Of a stretch of 64,000 bases of DNA, positions 62,037-64,000 are shown piece after piece. This DNA is from Chloroflexota bacterium. GTDB lineage: Bacteria > Chloroflexota > UBA11872 > VXOZ01. The DNA lies in assembly GCA_964291655.2 (NCBI GenBank), contig OZ219802.1:2112001-2176000 (forward strand), given 5' to 3'. The translations under genes and the position numbers were made by a program. The notes under the pieces were generated by a model. The model was not told the origin of the DNA and did no database searches. It was given only the letters and a program-made list of their open reading frames with translations. Each line of letters begins with the position of its first letter. Position 1 is the stretch's first letter.

Positions 62037-62507
62037 AGTCACATCCTTAGTTGGGTCGTAGCATTGACCTAGAACTCTACAATCTGCATAGCAATTAGGA
62101 GGCGTGCACGTACGCCGTTGGCAGTCGATTTCACGGGAACGAGGTTGTCGCCGAAGGCGAGGCAACTGAACTAGTGCAGTTAGGTTTGCTGGGCCTCAGG
62201 CGTCCGCCGCGGCGGATCGGCGAACGTGGCTTGCTTTGCCTATCTTAACTACATGCGCTGTATATCGTCTAGTCTATGCCCAGTGGGCTGGAAAATCTCC
62301 CGCAGCATACGGAATGTCAGGAGTCTCCAGATCACGCGCCAACTGGCAGCATTTGTGGGTAAAACAATTGTCAGTAGTGCGGTCCGAACACGTGTATAAT
62401 TACTGGTGCGAAGGGCAATGCGGTGAGCCCGCCGCACGGCAGACGACCGTTATTTCCGCGAAAGCGGACTCCTAATTCTACACGTAAAGTTGAGGTTAGC
62501 TGGACTC

Positions 62508-63080
62508 ATGCGTGCGATTCTGAGCGTATTCGACAAGACTGGCATCGTCGAGTTTGCGGTAGGGCTAGCCAAGTTGGGATGTGAAATCGTCTCTACCGGC
62601 GGGACCCAGGGTGCGATAGAAGCAGCAGGCATCCCCGTCGTCGGCATCAGTGACGTTACCGGTTTTCCCGAGATTCTGGATGGGCGCGTAAAGACGCTCC
62701 ACCCGGCGGTGCACGCCGGCATTCTGGCGCGGCAGGACGACCCCGAGCACGTGCAAACACTACGCGACCACGCCATCGCGCCCGTGGACGTGGTGGCCGG
62801 GAACCTCTATCCCTTTGTGGAAACTCTGAACAGCGGGGCCGGACACGAAGAAATAGTTGAGAATATCGACATCGGCGGCCCCACGCTCATACGCGCCGCA
62901 GCCAAAAACGCCGATTCCGTGCTGGTAGTGGTTGATCCGAGTGACTACGCGCCGGTGCTCGATGCGCTCGCCAACGGGCAGGTGGATGCCGCTCTCCGCA
63001 CGCGACTTGCCGCCAAGGCCTTCCGGCACACTGCCGATTACGACACGCATATTGCAGGGTATTTCAAAGCGATCTCATAG
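62508..63080 (+). CDS. purH: IMP cyclohydrolase (PurH N-terminal domain only)
   Basis: LSVFDKTG, STGGT, GRVKTLHP, NLYPF, ENIDIGGP and AAAKN; stops before the AICAR transformylase domain. Confidence 0.88.
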   Translation: MRAILSVFDKTGIVEFAVGLAKLGCEIVSTGGTQGAIEAAGIPVVGISDVTGFPEILDGRVKTLHPAVHAGILARQDDPEHVQTLRDHAIAPVDVVAGNLYPFVETLNSGAGHEEIVENIDIGGPTLIRAAAKNADSVLVVVDPSDYAPVLDALANGQVDAALRTRLAAKAFRHTADYDTHIAGYFKAIS

Positions 63081-63300
63081 AGCGCATGTGCACCAAGGTC
63101 GTTGTCCAAGACCTAACTTAGTCATCTGGCCTGTAATTCTACTCTTGATGCCAGATAAGAGTGCGGGCCCGTTCCCCGCCAATTGGCTATGTCAAGTTCG
63201 GATGGCTTAGTCGGTAATTCCATGTGATACGATGCTACCGAAGCTCTAAGCCAGAGCGAACTCGCTCTCGTGCCAAAGAGAATGAATGTGACGGCACTTT

Positions 63301-64000
63301 ATGTTGACAAAACTCACTGTCCGCAATTTCAAACGCTTTGACGAAGTCGAAATTGAATTAGGAAGTCCCGTAGCATTTATCGGCCCGAACAATTCCGGGA
63401 AGACTTCGGCGATGCAAGCACTAGCACTATGGGACATTGGACTAAAGCGCTGGAACGAAAAGCACTCTGGCAAGCGAACTCCAGAAAAGCGACCCGGCGT
63501 CACCGTTAATCGCCGGGATCTTGTTTCAATCCCAGTACCGAGTTCAAGGTTGCTGTGGCGGGATCTCCACGTGCGAAACATCTTGAGATCGGAAGGCAGG
63601 CAGGAAACCCAAAATGTAAGGATTGATGTCATTGTAGAAGGGGTCACTGGGGGTCGCCCGTGGAATTGCGGATTGGAATTCGATTACGCAAATGAGGAGT
63701 CCTTCTTTTGTCGCCCTCTTCGACTGAGTGCCGAGAAGTCACCACATCGCATGGAGATCCCAGACGAAGCTGGAAGAGTGCAGATCGCCTTCTTACCCCC
63801 AATGTCCGGTCTAGCAGCAACCGAAATACGCTTGGAACAAGGAGCGATAAACGTAAGGGTAGGCGAGGGTCGTACAGCTGACGTTTTGCGCAATCTTTGT
63901 TTGCGCATCTACGAGAGTGAGGGCCCTCCCGACAACTGGTCAAAGTTGGCAAATCAGATTCAAAACCTATTTGGCGTGAAACTGGAACCGCCGCAGTACA
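63301..64000 (+). CDS. AAA/ABC-type ATPase (AAA_15/21, OLD-like), truncated by the window end
   Basis: Frame open from ATG 63301: MLTKLTVRNFKRFDEVEIELGSPVAFIGPNNSGKTS; absent from the ORF track because it has no stop in the window. Confidence 0.85.
   Translation, partial: MLTKLTVRNFKRFDEVEIELGSPVAFIGPNNSGKTSAMQALALWDIGLKRWNEKHSGKRTPEKRPGVTVNRRDLVSIPVPSSRLLWRDLHVRNILRSEGRQETQNVRIDVIVEGVTGGRPWNCGLEFDYANEESFFCRPLRLSAEKSPHRMEIPDEAGRVQIAFLPPMSGLAATEIRLEQGAINVRVGEGRTADVLRNLCLRIYESEGPPDNWSKLANQIQNLFGVKLEPPQY

Overview
GC-rich bacterial chromosomal segment, probably Chloroflexota (inferred from the gene content, Tat-lipoprotein solute-binding proteins and the repeat families; not proven). About 50 CDS: housekeeping genes (guaB, purE/purK, an IMP-cyclohydrolase-only purH, rplY, mnmG, murJ, thiE, a split MetE, ftsZ), many sugar/solute catabolic genes (Gfo/Idh/MocA, TIM-barrel isomerases, aldo-keto reductases, orphan ABC binding proteins) and accessory modules. 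I found no rRNA, tRNA, CRISPR array or autonomous transposase. The intergenic DNA is full of REP-like palindromes and nested MITEs with GAGACC...GGTCTC ends. Most notable: (1) a translationally coupled parA-ftsZ pair outside any dcw cluster, where FtsZ carries a basic N-terminal peptide like those of ParA-partner proteins; (2) a ~2.5 kb ORF-free locus next to mnmG with duplicated sigma70-type promoters, a 4x21-bp palindromic array, hairpins and a terminator (candidate ncRNA locus); (3) a TerY-P-like vWA/PP2C/kinase triad with a membrane-anchored kinase; (4) an uncharacterised toxin/antitoxin-like gene pair; (5) odd fusion proteins (NCS2 permease plus degenerate HATPase, membrane-3xPAS protein without output domain).
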